A stretch of DNA of 64,000 nucleotides from Laetmonice hystrix (taxonomy: Eukaryota): NCBI GenBank assembly GCA_965235115.1, contig OZ249436.1:31188001-31252000 (forward strand), in the 5' to 3' direction. The first letter of the stretch is position 1, and each line of letters opens with the position of its first letter. A program made the translations under genes and the position numbers. This document shows, piece after piece, positions 51,418-63,687 of the stretch. The notes below the pieces were generated by a model. The model worked only from the letters and a program-made list of their open reading frames with translations. It did no database searches and had not been told where the DNA came from.

Positions 51418-53055
51418 GTGGTAGATATAGTCGGTTCAGAACATACGTCGACCGCTCATTCTTTCCTCATCGATCGATCCCTTGCATAAAGGGAACATAA
51501 CAACCGTCAATGAGGCAGCCGCCAACCGGCATCCCAGCTGGCGGTACAAGCAAGTAACAACATAATTCACCTTTAGGGGACAATTTGAACAGGGCAGGTA
51601 CCAAACGGGGTCCAGCAGGAACAGCCTGGCCATCAATTGCCTCAAGGCCTCCGCTGCACGCTCTATATGTGGTACGAGAGAATATCAGGTGCGGGTCTGC
51701 CAAATTGGTTCTTCAAGGCCTGTGCGGATTTGCGAACCTCGCGGGAAACTGATATGGCATCTGTATTAAGCAGCATATGCCACGTGGATGTCGCCGTGCC
51801 CCACGTGCCTGTTTCGTAAGGATTACCGCCTCCCAGTGTATCCTGATACACATCAGATTATCACTTGACGTCAGGTTTTTAATCTTTATCCGTCCCTCTA
51901 TCTCTTCCTCTCCCTCAATCTCTCTCCTTCTCAGAAAGCAGCTGCCAATAACACTCGGATAGAATGGTCTACCAACGGCTGTATGGTGTATTGGAGTTGT
52001 GACAGCACGCTGCTGCTGCGGCCCATAGGTTAACGACTCTAAACTCGTAAACCTGTTCACTTCTTTGTAGGCGTATGTGAACGCTGGGGTCTACCAAACC
52101 ATAGGCATTGAGTATAACAATCTGTAGGGCCGTACTGCCAACCATAAACCAACGCTGCCAGGCCTTCTCAGAAGTATCCTGAACCTAAGATATCAACATC
52201 ATCAACAATATCAGCATCATCAAACCTATTTCTGTAATATTTAGGTTTACCAGACGACTATTGGCCATTTATTCTTGGCTTGGAGGCGTGCCATAACGTT
52301 AAGTCTACGTATAGTACCTGTTAAGCAATGAAGCCGTCTAGGAATGATGTGGATGACTAGGTTACAAGTGTCACAATTTTGGATTAGGTGACGTTTGAAG
52401 AAGGACACCAGTGACCCCATGCAGGTTTACGTCTTGTGGTGAGGAAGTATACGAAAGAAACGAAGACCAAAGAAAGGCCAGGGGATAAACTCCATCGGCC
52501 GTCATTGGAAGACATGAATCTCGGCAAAGCTGGATTAGTAAGTTTACGTTTCTTTCATTCTAGTTACTCTACAAATTCTTGGAGGTGGATTTAGTATGTT
52601 TCATCCATAAATGGGCCATGAGTAATATGCACTTCTGTGCTCGGTGGGGTTGTTGTATTGTCTACCACTCGTTCCAATGTTAGCGGGCATGAATGAAATG
52701 GCTTCGTCTTGATATGAACACTGAATCAGGCGAAGACTATGCCGGCACTGAATCGATGTGATGACGTTTGTGCCAGTATGAGGGAGGGGTTGGGGGGGGG
52801 GGGGTACTGACTGGGAAAGGGACAGTTGGAGGCCTGCATGCCTCGGGGCAGCGACGTATTCACTGAGAAGAAATCGTTTAGGGTCTGGTCGGATATAACT
52901 CCACAGACAACGTTGATGAAACAATCATAGATCTAATTATCTACACGCATATCTACATCATGGACATAATGTACATATTACCTACCTACCTACCTACCTA
53001 CCTACCCACTTGCATGCATGCCTATCAGCCTGCCTGCCTACACCTACCTATACAA

Positions 53056-53210
53056 ATGGGCGTTGATACCTTATGCTGTTCGAATGGGTCCAGTAATCTT
53101 GGGGGCCGGGGTTCAATTCCAGTAGAGGACTATACAACTTTTCTTTTTCCGGACATTCTGAAAGTAACTGGGTAACGCCTGATGCCCGTCCATCTGAAGA
53201 AAATCACACA
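53056..53210 (+). mobile_element. 5'-truncated copy of a tRNA-derived SINE-like sequence
   Basis: Perfect B-box GGTTCAATTCC at 53110-53120; diverged direct repeat of 53374-53526; preceded by a (CCTA)n/(CCTG)n microsatellite. Confidence 0.55.
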
Positions 53211-53354
53211 ATTAGCCAGTGCCAGGATGACCTTAACAGTGGGATGTTCTGTAGAAATCGCGTAAAGCATGGATTCCGTCTCATTTCGGAAGATGTGTGT
53301 AGGGGGAGGGTCCATTGTCCTGCTCGACCACGAAAGCTTCCTATTTCTGGAAGT

Positions 53355-53526
53355 GGCGGTGGCCGAGTGGGCATGGGCATTGATACCTTATGCTATGCGA
53401 ATGGGTGCAGTAATCTTGAGCCCGGGGTTCAATTCAAGGAGAGGACTATACAACTTTTCTCTTTCCTGACATTTTGAAAGTAACTGGGTTGCCCCTGATG
53501 GTCATGGCCATAAAGAAAATCACACA
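53355..53526 (+). mobile_element. tRNA-derived SINE-like sequence with Pol III A- and B-boxes
   Basis: A-box TGGCCGAGTGG 53360-53370, B-box GGTTCAATTC 53426-53435; no convincing cloverleaf. Confidence 0.6.
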
Positions 53527-54559
53527 TTGCACATAACTATACTGCAACATGGGCAGACTGTAGCGACATCAACATTCAGTTTGAAATAACATCTTTAATT
53601 TCTTTTGTCAGTTTTGACTTTTATTCAGCACTTACATTCCATGTTTACATACCTACGTATACATTCACACTGTTTTTCTTTCAGAAGTTCAAGGTTTACA
53701 ATCAAGTGCTTTGATAATTTGTAATATGAGGATATTTTTATTCGCCTATACTTAACGAAAGAGTTTCTTATATTTTATTACCGATTAGCTACTTTCTTTT
53801 AAATCGTTTAAGAGTTTACAACTCACGGACCCTGTGCTCTGTACGAGTGCGCATTATCTCTTCAAAATAAATAAAATAAAATAAATAAATGAGGCAGTAC
53901 TCCTACGCTCTCCTTCTAAGTTACCTTCATCTTGTGAGATGAATGTAATTCGGTGGACATGCACCTAGACGTACATGTAGACGAAGCTTTAGGAGCCAAA
54001 GTTCAACTACTAAAGCTTGTAATTTTCCAGCGATTCTGACCTTAAAGGCTGCAGGTGAACATTTACTAGCTGCTTGCTATTCATTGCTGATTTCCCTCGC
54101 GGAATTCATCCCTTAAATTGAAAATCGCAAGCAGTTTTTGATCCTTCAATTTAAAGGCCTTGCATCAAAAGGATGGCCACAGTGATAGTGATGGCGATGT
54201 GCTGATGATGTGGGATGATGATAATCATCATAATGATTAAAGAAAAACCTCGTCACCATGATGTGACATCTCAGACGATCGTGAGTTCGTGGTTAACAAT
54301 AATATACACATGTATACGCATGCCCCGTGCGTCACAATTGCCCCCCCCCATATTACATTTGTTTCGTCATCGACATAAACCGTAAAAGTGTCAACCCCAT
54401 CATTATTGCCTGAACTGACCTCTATGAATACGACTCATTCAAAAATAATGATATCGACCCAACACGGCGCCACTGGGCGCAGGAAGGGAGCAAACGGATC
54501 GTAGGCGAACGTGTCAGACACTGTGTGGCTATTGAAGCGGTGGCACAATGGGAGGAATC

Positions 54560-54880
54560 CTTTTTACTGAGTTGTGGACACACACGGGCCAAGCACGGTG
54601 GAGGGGCAGGCAGCAGCCTTATTGCACGTTTCAACTCGAGGTAGACACCGAGGGCGTCCATGCTTCCATGTCTTTCGTGTGAAATAAAAAGTTGGAAACT
54701 GCTGATTCAGCAACTGTTTGTTGCCTTGATACTGGTGAATCGGGTTTTATCTCTACCTGATAATGGCTCGCATTTCTCTTGTTTGCAAGATTGTTTATTG
54801 AGAGTAATGAAAAATTGATTTCGATATTTGGTCCTAATGGCTTTACCAACCCTCCTTATTATAAAGCGTTTCGCTCCGCT
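54560..54880 (-). pseudogene. Decayed LINE reverse transcriptase N-terminal fragment
   Basis: Frameshifted KYRN / FSLLSI...SPVSRQQ / ALGVYLELKRA match NYRPISLLS, L+S..Q.GFR and G+FLD+.KAFD in the expected order. Confidence 0.5.
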
Positions 54881-56777
54881 ATGTCGCACGCCCTAGGTGT
54901 ATAAACAACCGTCTATATAAACACGACATAATATCTGTACACGTTCAGCCTGCTGACCTATTAATATGTGACGGTCCATATAAGTGTATTATGCCAGAGA
55001 GCAATCATTTTTTTGACAAACCTGCGATAACAAATTATTAAGAGGAATTAGGATTCATTCAAAAACATAGTATTGTAGCAGCCTCTATTGTGACCTTTCT
55101 TGAATTCATTTTGTGGGAGTAGTGTCCGTCTCCGATTCATATAGCCTATTTGCTAAAAGACGTATGGATAAGCTTCTCAAATACCCCGCCATACTTTATA
55201 AATAGCAGTAACAGAATATTGAACTTGGTATAATATGATATTTTCAAAAGGTATAGGTTTTCGAACAACATGTTAAGGATATCTTCACAAAGTATAGGCT
55301 TTAGAATAACATGTAAATCTAACACCTTCAGAAAGTATAGGCTTTAGAATAACATGTAAATCTGACATTTTCAGAGCGGGGGCGCATGCATGGTTTTGTA
55401 TGACGAAATGTTAAAGCCAATCACGAATATCTAAAAGTAACAAAATCAACCTTAATTTGGATAGAGGCATCACCCTATAGGAATCACATATGTACGGCAT
55501 ACCAACACTTTGCCGAGCCAAAAGTTGCCATATTATGCAAACTTATTCAACTACCTGGATCGCCACTAAGTGTCCTCAATCCAGACCTCCTTTACATCGC
55601 CATGTTCTGCCAGTTTGAAATTATCGCTGACTCTACGTCATCGATCACGTGATGGGGATTCCCTCCTCGGTTTGGTAATAGGAAAAGTGGGTCATCGACC
55701 AATGAATTTCATTGGCTGTTTAAGTCAATGCGAGGTCAACTATTTTGTCCACAACCAGCCATAAGACGATCGTTTCATACGGACAACAGGCAACTGGAAT
55801 GTTGAATTCCATTAGATGTCAATTTCTGTGGGTATACATTTATTGATTTATGTAATCTAAGACCTTATCTAACCTAACAGCCCATGTCTTTATTTTGGAG
55901 ACATTGAAAGAAGAGATATTCATGATTTTCTATAACTACACGAATACTGCATATCTGGCCAGGAAAGACAGATATAGACACACCGGTGGCCGTGGTAAAG
56001 TGCATCAGAAATTGATTCCATCTGCTCCAAGACAAGGATATAGACCCACCATCATCTGGTATTCATAGACCTATTTATAAAGGTTTGCGTTGAAGTGCCG
56101 TGGGGGAGGCAAGGGGACGCAGGATGCATATCCCTTATCAGAGCTGAGATGGTGTCTCAAACTTCTTTCCTCATCGAATCTCGTTCAATAAGGATAGCGC
56201 ACAATAAGTGTCACGTGCCATCCTCAAAGGGCCATCGTCCGCAGTGAGCCACGTAAATAAAAGGGCCGATCGGTTCATGTTGTTGTATACTGGCACCATT
56301 ATAAACGGAACTTCGGTGTAATGCAAATCAATAGATTGGAATGACCTAGGATACAGCTGCCTTCAGCGCCGGCCGACACCTCCGAATCCCTTGCTTGTCA
56401 ACGTGTTAGCGCTGTGCTCATCGCCCCCAAAGCCAGCGTACTTACTCCAGATCTAACGCTTCCATATTAAAGAGGTGTCTTAAACCGAGAACCAACGTTT
56501 ATTGCGTGACGGATCTGCTCGGCAGATCGCCCTCATCGCCACACTGATAGATTTTCACACTGTAGACGTGAGCGGCTATAGACTCGGGCCTATCCCAGTA
56601 ATTGACTTGACCATCACATCTGCCTGCCGTGATCAAAGGTCAATATAGATTTGTCACTGCATTACCCTGCGAAACGCCTCACTTCTCAATCCCGAACACG
56701 GCGACACGGTCCGGAGTATCCTGACTGATTGCCGGACCCGAGTCGGCATAACGTCACCATGCCACCATACCGAGTCG

Positions 56778-56779
<2 letters not shown>

Positions 56780-56824
<45 letters not shown>

Positions 56825-56833
56825 GTCTTGGTC

Positions 56834-56902
<69 letters not shown>

Positions 56903-56951
56903 CTCGGTCTCTTTCTCATTTTCTCTCTCTGACCGTCTCTGTCTCTCTCCG

Positions 56952-57014
<63 letters not shown>

Positions 57015-57015
57015 C

Positions 57016-57053
<38 letters not shown>

Positions 57054-57315
57054 GGTCTCTGTCTCTTTCTCATTTTCTCTCTCTGACCGTCTCTGTCTCT
57101 CTCTGTCTCTTCCGTCTCTCTCTGTCTCTCTCCGTCTCTCTCTCTGTCTCTCCCCTGTCTCTCTGTCTCGGTCTCTGTCTCTTTCTCATTTTCTCTCTCT
57201 GACCGTCTCTGTCTCTCTGTCTCTGTCTGTCTCTCTCTCCCTGTCTCTCCATGTCTCTCTGTCTCTCTCCATCTCTCTCTGTCTCTCTCTCCCCGTCTCT
57301 CTCTCTCTCCCTCTT
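56780..57315. repeat. Compound (CT)n/(CTGT)n microsatellite with a thrice-repeated internal block
   Basis: Block tctttctcattttctctctctgaccgtctctgtc recurs near 56910, 57063 and 57180. Confidence 0.95.
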
Positions 57316-57699
57316 CATTAATGCCTTCACACCCAAAGGTTAATGCATACTTCCGAAGCACCGTTTTGATGTTAAAACGGGTGGAAGCGGTACTGTTTTT
57401 GTTAACGTGTCTACATGTCTCTAACAGAGGGTTGATAGAACGACAAACAGTGACGCTTTAAGTACATTGTAACGGGCGCCTTCTGCCGCTTGCCACATTT
57501 TGACACCGTTGCTCTTTATTGAGTGTTATTGAATAGAATTTGTTTTGTTAAAAAACCCATTTGAAAAAGGCTTATGGTGTCTGTATTTGTCGTCATCATA
57601 TCTACTTCAAGGGATCGCGTAAATTTGCAGCATATATCCGATAATCCCGAATTTAGTATACTAAAACTGCTTCAGTATTATCCCCTTCAGGAACATTTC

Positions 57700-57980
57700 G
57701 CCTTTCGTAAGAGACTTTTAGTTTTTTTTGTAGAGTTTCCCCTACTTCTAAGGTCTATCTTTCTATTAGCCCTTCGAAAATTATATCTTTCTTCTTCGAA
57801 GTTTCTTGTTTCGAAACTTTGTATTTCTCCGAAGCCTTCATGTTGTGTAGAGTGATCTCCAGTATGACCACTATTGTGTCCGCCATATAGTATCGTATAT
57901 CATGGACTCGGTACCTGTACTTATGGAAATTACTGTCACAATATCAATTTCCTCCGATAACATATTGTCGGCTACACAAA
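57700..57980 (-). pseudogene. Decayed CR1-group LINE fragment (end of endonuclease / linker)
   Basis: EEIDIV, ADTIVVILEITL and ERYNFRRAN resemble .LDLV, SDH..+.+.+ and YNF++AD motifs in order. Confidence 0.3.
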
Positions 57981-58789
57981 ATTAGTTCTGAATGCATGCT
58001 GTCCGCCGGACGCTAGCCTTTGTTATACAGAGAAGCCACCACAACAGGGATCAGAGGGCAAACAGATGATGGTTGCATGAGGATATGTATTCGAGATTGT
58101 ATTTAGGTTTGTAGGGCCTATATGGCAACCCTTATTGTGAAAATTTCCCTTAGTGTAAAACCAATTACATTAGAGTTACAACTTTACCTTTATTGTAAAG
58201 ATTTTTAAGTTAACCCTTAATGTAAAAGTATTTAACATTAAGGGTTAAAACTTAGATCTAACCCTAATGTAAAGGGTTAAGGGTTGGAAGTGGCGATAAC
58301 TATTTTTGCTACAGTACTAAGATTATGTCCACGCCATGACATGGGGGTGGTTGATATACTAAACCATCCTTTAGCCCCGTTACGCCCGTCCGTCCGTACG
58401 ACTAACTGTCAAGGATCAAACATAGTTTCCTAATGGATTTATATCCAATTGAAATCAACTGATTCAATGTCTTGAATACCTTGAACGAGGCCTGACATCA
58501 GGCCAAGGTCAAGGTATAACGGCTGTTATAAACTCCTGGAACAAAAGGGCGGCTGGATGAGGAGCAGGAGGAAAAGGAAAAGGAGGAGGAGGGAGAAGGA
58601 GATATGACTTGCACAGAAACACTACTTATTCTCCTGATGATCGTAAGAATCGATATCATAAACTATCGTGAAGTTTAGTTAATCGAAATATCCAGCATTT
58701 GTCTGTAGGCCTATTAGAAAATAGAGAAAGATATAAAATAAGAGTTAAAAGTCACTTTAAATTGAAGCTACAGTTTATACTATACGGTT

Positions 58790-61084
58790 CAACGGTTAAA
58801 GATATAGTATAGCAGACGTTCAGACGTCCGACGGTTGGAGATATAGTATAGCAGACGTTCAGACGTCCGACGGTTGGAGATATAGTATAGCAGACGTTCA
58901 GACGTCCAACGGTTGGAGATATAGTATAGCAGACGTTCAGACGTCCAGACGTCCAGTGGTTGGAGATATAGTATAGCAGACGTTCAGACGTCCAACGGTT
59001 GGAGATATAGTATAGCAGACGTTCAGACGTCCAACGGTTGGAGATAGTATAGCAAACGTTCAGACGTCCGACGGTTGGAGATATAGTATAGCAGACGTTC
59101 AGACGTCCAACGGTTGGAGATATAGTATAGCAGACGTTCAGACGTCCAACGGTTGGAGATATAGTATAGCAGACGTTCAGACGTCCGACGGTTGGAGATA
59201 TAGTATAGCAGACGTTCAGACGTCCAACAGTTGGAGATATAGTATAGCAGACGTCCAACGGTTGGAGATATAGTATAGCAGACGTTCAGACGTCCGACGG
59301 TTGGAGATATAGTATAGCAGACGTTCAGACGTCCGACGGTTGGAGATATAGTATAGCAGACGTCCGACGGTTGGAGATATAGTATAGCAGACGTTCAGAC
59401 GTCCAACAGTTGGAGATATAGTATAGCAGACGTTCAGACGTCCAACAGTTGGGGATATAGTACAGCAGACGTCCGACGGTTGGAGATATAGTATAGCAGA
59501 CGTTCAGACGTCCAACGGTTGGAGATATAGTATAGCAGACGTTCAGACGTCCAACGGTTGGAGATATAGTATAGCAGACGTTCAGACGTCCGACGGTTGG
59601 AGATATAGTATAGCAGACGTTCAGACGTCCAACAGTTGGAGATATAGTATAGCAGACGTCCAACGGTTGGAGATATAGTATAGCAGACGTTCAGACGTCC
59701 GACGGTTGGAGATATAGTATAGCAGACGTTCAGACGTCCAACAGTTGGAGATATAGTATAGCAGACGTCCGACGGTTGGAGATATAGTATAGCAGACGTT
59801 CAGACGTCCAACAGTTGGAGATATAGTATAGCAGACGTTCAGACGTCCAACAGTTGGAGATATAGTATAGCAGACGTTCAGACGTCCAACAGTTGGAGAT
59901 ATAGTACAGCAGACGTCCGACGGTTGGAGATATAGTATAGCAGACGTTCAGACGTCCGACGGTTGGAGATATAGTATAGCAGACGTTCAGACGTCCAACA
60001 GTTGGAGATATAGTATAGCAGACGTTCAGACGTCCAACAGTTGGGGATATAGTACAGCAGACGTCCGACGGTTGGAGATATAGTATAGCAGACGTTCAGA
60101 CGTCCAACGGTTGGAGATATAGTATAGCAGACGTTCAGACGTCCAACGGTTGGAGATATAGTATAGCAGACGTTCAGACGTCCGACGGTTGGAGATATAG
60201 TATAGCAGACGTTCAGACGTCCAACAGTTGGAGATATAGTATAGCAGACGTCCAACAGTTGGAGATATAGTATAGCAGACGTTCAGACGTCCGACGGTTG
60301 GAGATATAGTATAGCAGACGTTCAGACGTCCAACAGTTGGAGATATAGTATAGCAGACGTCCGACGGTTGGAGATATAGTATAGCAGACGTTCAGACGTC
60401 CAACAGTTGGAGATATAGTATAGCAGACGTTCAGACGTCCAACAGTTGGAGATATAGTATAGCAGACGTTCAGACGTCCAACAGTTGGAGATATAGTACA
60501 GCAGACGTCCGACGGTTGGAGATATAGTATAGCAGACGTTCAGACGTCCGGCGGTTGGAGATATAGTATAGCAGACGTTCAGACGTCCAACAGTTGGAGA
60601 TATAGTACAGCAGACGTCCGACGGTTGGAGATATAGTATAGCAGACGTTCAGACGTCCAACGGTTGGAGATATAGTAGACGTTTAGACGTCCAACGGTTG
60701 GAGATATAGTAGACGTTTAGACGTCCAACGGTTGGAGATATAGTATAGCAGACGTTCAGACGTCCAACGGTTGGAGATATAGCAGACGTTTAGACGTCCA
60801 ACGGTTGGAGATATAGCAGACGTTCAGACGTCCGGCGGTTGGAGATATAGTAGACGTTTAGACGTCCAACGGTTGGAGATATAGTAGACGTTTAGACGTC
60901 CAACGGTTGGAGATATAGTATAGCAGACGTTCAGACGTCCAACGGTTGGAGATATAGTAGACGTTTAGACGTCCAACGGTTGGAGATATAGTATAGCAGA
61001 CGTTCAGACGTCCGGCGGTTGGAGATATAGTAGACGTTTAGACGTCCAACGGTTGGAGATATAGTATAGCAGACGTTCAGACGT
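58790..61084. repeat. 39-bp minisatellite with 31- and 34-bp variants, about 60 units
   Basis: Unit ggttggagatatagtatagcagacgttcagacgtcc(a/g)ac; variants lack one 8-bp internal repeat or a 5-bp segment. Confidence 0.97.
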
Positions 61085-62221
61085 TGCAACAGTTTGTTTA
61101 CAGGCGTAATAGGTGGCACTAGAAAATAGTATGTCACTCATATCAAATAAAAACCCATGGAAATTTAAAGGTTTAAAAACGGCTGCAGTAGCCTGATGAA
61201 GTGACGACTGCAGAGAAGCCTGCAGCAGCAGCAGTAGCATAATCAGAGATTAAGTTGTTTGTCGAGGTAAAGGGCACACGTTGGAGAGAAGCCTTAGTTA
61301 GCAATCACCTTAACAGTTAAATGTGTTTAATCGGCATAATCTTCACCTGTCCTTATTACGTATTGCTTGATGCTTTCAGAAGTTTCTCTCCTTTATATAC
61401 AAGTTCTTCCATCGTACTTTCTGCACCTTAACGCCACCAACTGAAAGTTATCACAACGGTATCTCTGTCTCGTATATTATATCACACGTTACGATATTTT
61501 ATATTTAGACAACCATATCGCCAGTTTCCGAGATACGGCTAGCTGCAATAGATCCTCGATCTACAACCACCCTACTTCAAGGATAAAAGTGCAACAACGT
61601 CTCCGTCGATTATAAAGTAGATTCCAAATTTCTTGTGCCATCTAATTGATACTGCCAGACAAGAAATGGATTGCTTGTGGTATGAAATGAAATGCAACCA
61701 TACAAGGGAAATGACCATACAAACAAATATGTCAGATATGGCCAAGGCCATTGAGGCCGGTATCAGTATTTTTCAATAGAAAGCGACATCGCCATGAAGT
61801 ACAGGGTCCAATTCGTAAAAACTTAAGCTAAAGCTTAAGCAAGATCTTTAGTTTTTACGAAATGATGGGCCTAGATTTATCATTCTGTCTCCATGGCTGG
61901 TGGGAATAAAACGAGGCGGCTATTGAGTTTTGCTCCGCTCTAAATCTTTCATTTTACGATCGTTTCAAACTCAAGATTTCGGCTGTGAACTGGATCGACT
62001 TTTCTTATCAGAATTAAGAATACTGATTTAAATGTACTGTCGTGACTTAAACGTACGTCAAATATTTCATAGCGTAAATTATTATATAGTGGAAACAGAA
62101 GCATGCAATCATGGATGTTTGTCAGGAGACTGTGTTTATACCCCATAGGTTCGCCTTACGAAATTTACTCCCCTCCTTACCTCCGTTCCTGCTGTGGTTA
62201 TACCATTTAATATTGCTCCAG

Positions 62222-62397
62222 GGCCCGGTTTTTAGTTTGGAAACTGAGTCTTAAGATTCAAATTTTAAGATTTAATTCTTGTTTTAGAGCTTCTGATTGG
62301 TCCTTCAAATGAAGTCAGCCAATGAGAGACCATAACACAATTCAATCTTAAAATTCCAGTCTTAAGATTGGTAAAATGACGAACTAAAAACCAGGGC
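62222..62397. mobile_element. Foldback MITE (PIF/Harbinger-like, CWG TSD)
   Basis: ggcccggtttttagtt ... aactaaaaaccagggc; CAG at 62219-62221 and 62398-62400; internal inverted ttttaagatt/aatcttaaaa and ctgattgg/ccaatgag. Confidence 0.75.
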
Positions 62398-62559
62398 CAG
62401 GGGTTGTGCCGGATAGCTTATTTATCTTTTGTTTCTCGAGGAAGCTAGATTTGAATTCTTGCGTGTCACGGGCACCTGATAGAGCTAATAAATTGCGCTG
62501 TATCGGGTCCCAGCTCTACCGAACAAAGGCCTCGGCATCTCGCTGTAACTGATCAAAGC

Positions 62560-62900
62560 TGTCCGACGATCACACGATCACAGACTCCGATCAAAGCACT
62601 GACATTTATCTGACCTGACGTCCGGGCTCCGGGTTTAACCAGACACACGACTGCAGGAAGTCAGCTGCAGTGGTCAAGTGACAAGGCATGGTGTGCCTAC
62701 GTCATCACAAACCACAGATTCACTGGCCAGCTCCTTGGTGCACGGAACCCTGATTTGTTAGGGAAAGTTGACCTTCTCATCAGCACGACTGGTTTTTTAC
62801 CGGTCGGTGTGGTAGCTTTTTTCTCACATTTCTGAAGCTCGTTTTGTACAGTTGTGCTTCTTCCCCCTTTGGCCCTCTTTGTAAGCCTTGTGTACAATAA
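62560..62900 (-). pseudogene. Decayed LINE reverse transcriptase fragment
   Basis: FPNKSGFRAPRS (Q.GFR..RS motif) followed about 40 codons later by frameshifted INVS-AFDR (LD+S.AFD.V). Confidence 0.4.
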
Positions 62901-63280
62901 CGAGCCATTTAGAGGTTAATGCTAGAGTGCCTCTGCCACAGCTGTACCGCTAACTTTATTTTATTTCCCTGATATTTTTTATTTTATTTACTCCATCTTC
63001 CGCATCATATTATAACTGTATCCCTTCTTTACCTTTTCTTTTGGCGGTTATAAAGATTGTGGTGGTGGTGGGGGCAAGGGGGGTATGTCTAGAAAACCAA
63101 GACATAGATATAAATAGCAGATAGTTATTAGAGTTTCGGTCGGCAAGATATGGGTAAAGTATCATTCCACGGCAGGATAGCGAAGGCCCTGGTTACCTTC
63201 AAGAACATCACGGCGCCCTCGGGCCTGGCTTTGGTATGGCGCCAATTTCTATCGAGTGCTCTCTGCCTGGACGCCGCCGG

Positions 63281-63687
63281 TGACGTCAGAAGTACCCTCG
63301 TCTTCAGTTCAGTCTGTTTGTTTAGCGATCACGTGACACGTGCAGACGAGAAAACGGCGTCAGAATGACGTCGCCGTGGTGGTGTGTTGAGTGAACTTTG
63401 TTGGTTACGCCTGAGTAGAAGCCGAATGTCTCGCACGTCATCCAGCCCCGACCTCCTGCTCTTGAAGGACCGCACAGAGTGACACCCGCACGTCATGGAC
63501 ACGTCGGAAATCGGAGGGCTGGACGCTACGAATGAGATTTGTGCTACTTTAAGCCACAGAATGCACAATATCGTGCACCTGAGTCGAGAATAAGAATAAA
63601 ACAAATTTATGCTGAGTGGGTTAGATCGAGTTGAGATTAATTGGACGTGGGTTGGTGGGTATTGTTTCTCAATGAAGAACCGTGAGT
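63281..63687 (+). promoter_or_regulatory. Candidate promoter and first exon of a gene continuing beyond the window
   Basis: CpG-rich; TGACGTCA at 63281, tandem Inr-like TCAGTT/TCAGTC at 63304-63314, two CACGTG E-boxes, further TGACGT half sites; ATG at 63672 followed by consensus donor GTGAGT at 63682. Confidence 0.4.

Noticed and set aside
51436..52260. Cluster of 60-115 aa ORFs as host exons
   Set aside because: No recognisable domain and no consistent splice-site/frame chain.
56250..56420. Additional LINE endonuclease fragment (KGFGGVG...IMVPVY, minus strand)
   Set aside because: Too short and degenerate to support as a feature.
56654..57361. 235-aa Arg/Glu-rich ORF
   Set aside because: Translation of a (GA)n compound microsatellite.
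58630..58665. Penelope-type minimal hammerhead (ctgatga...gata)
   Set aside because: Core GAAA is absent and flanking stems do not pair.
58752..61137. VCYTISPTVGRLN repeat protein
   Set aside because: Frequent 31- and 34-bp units break the frame.
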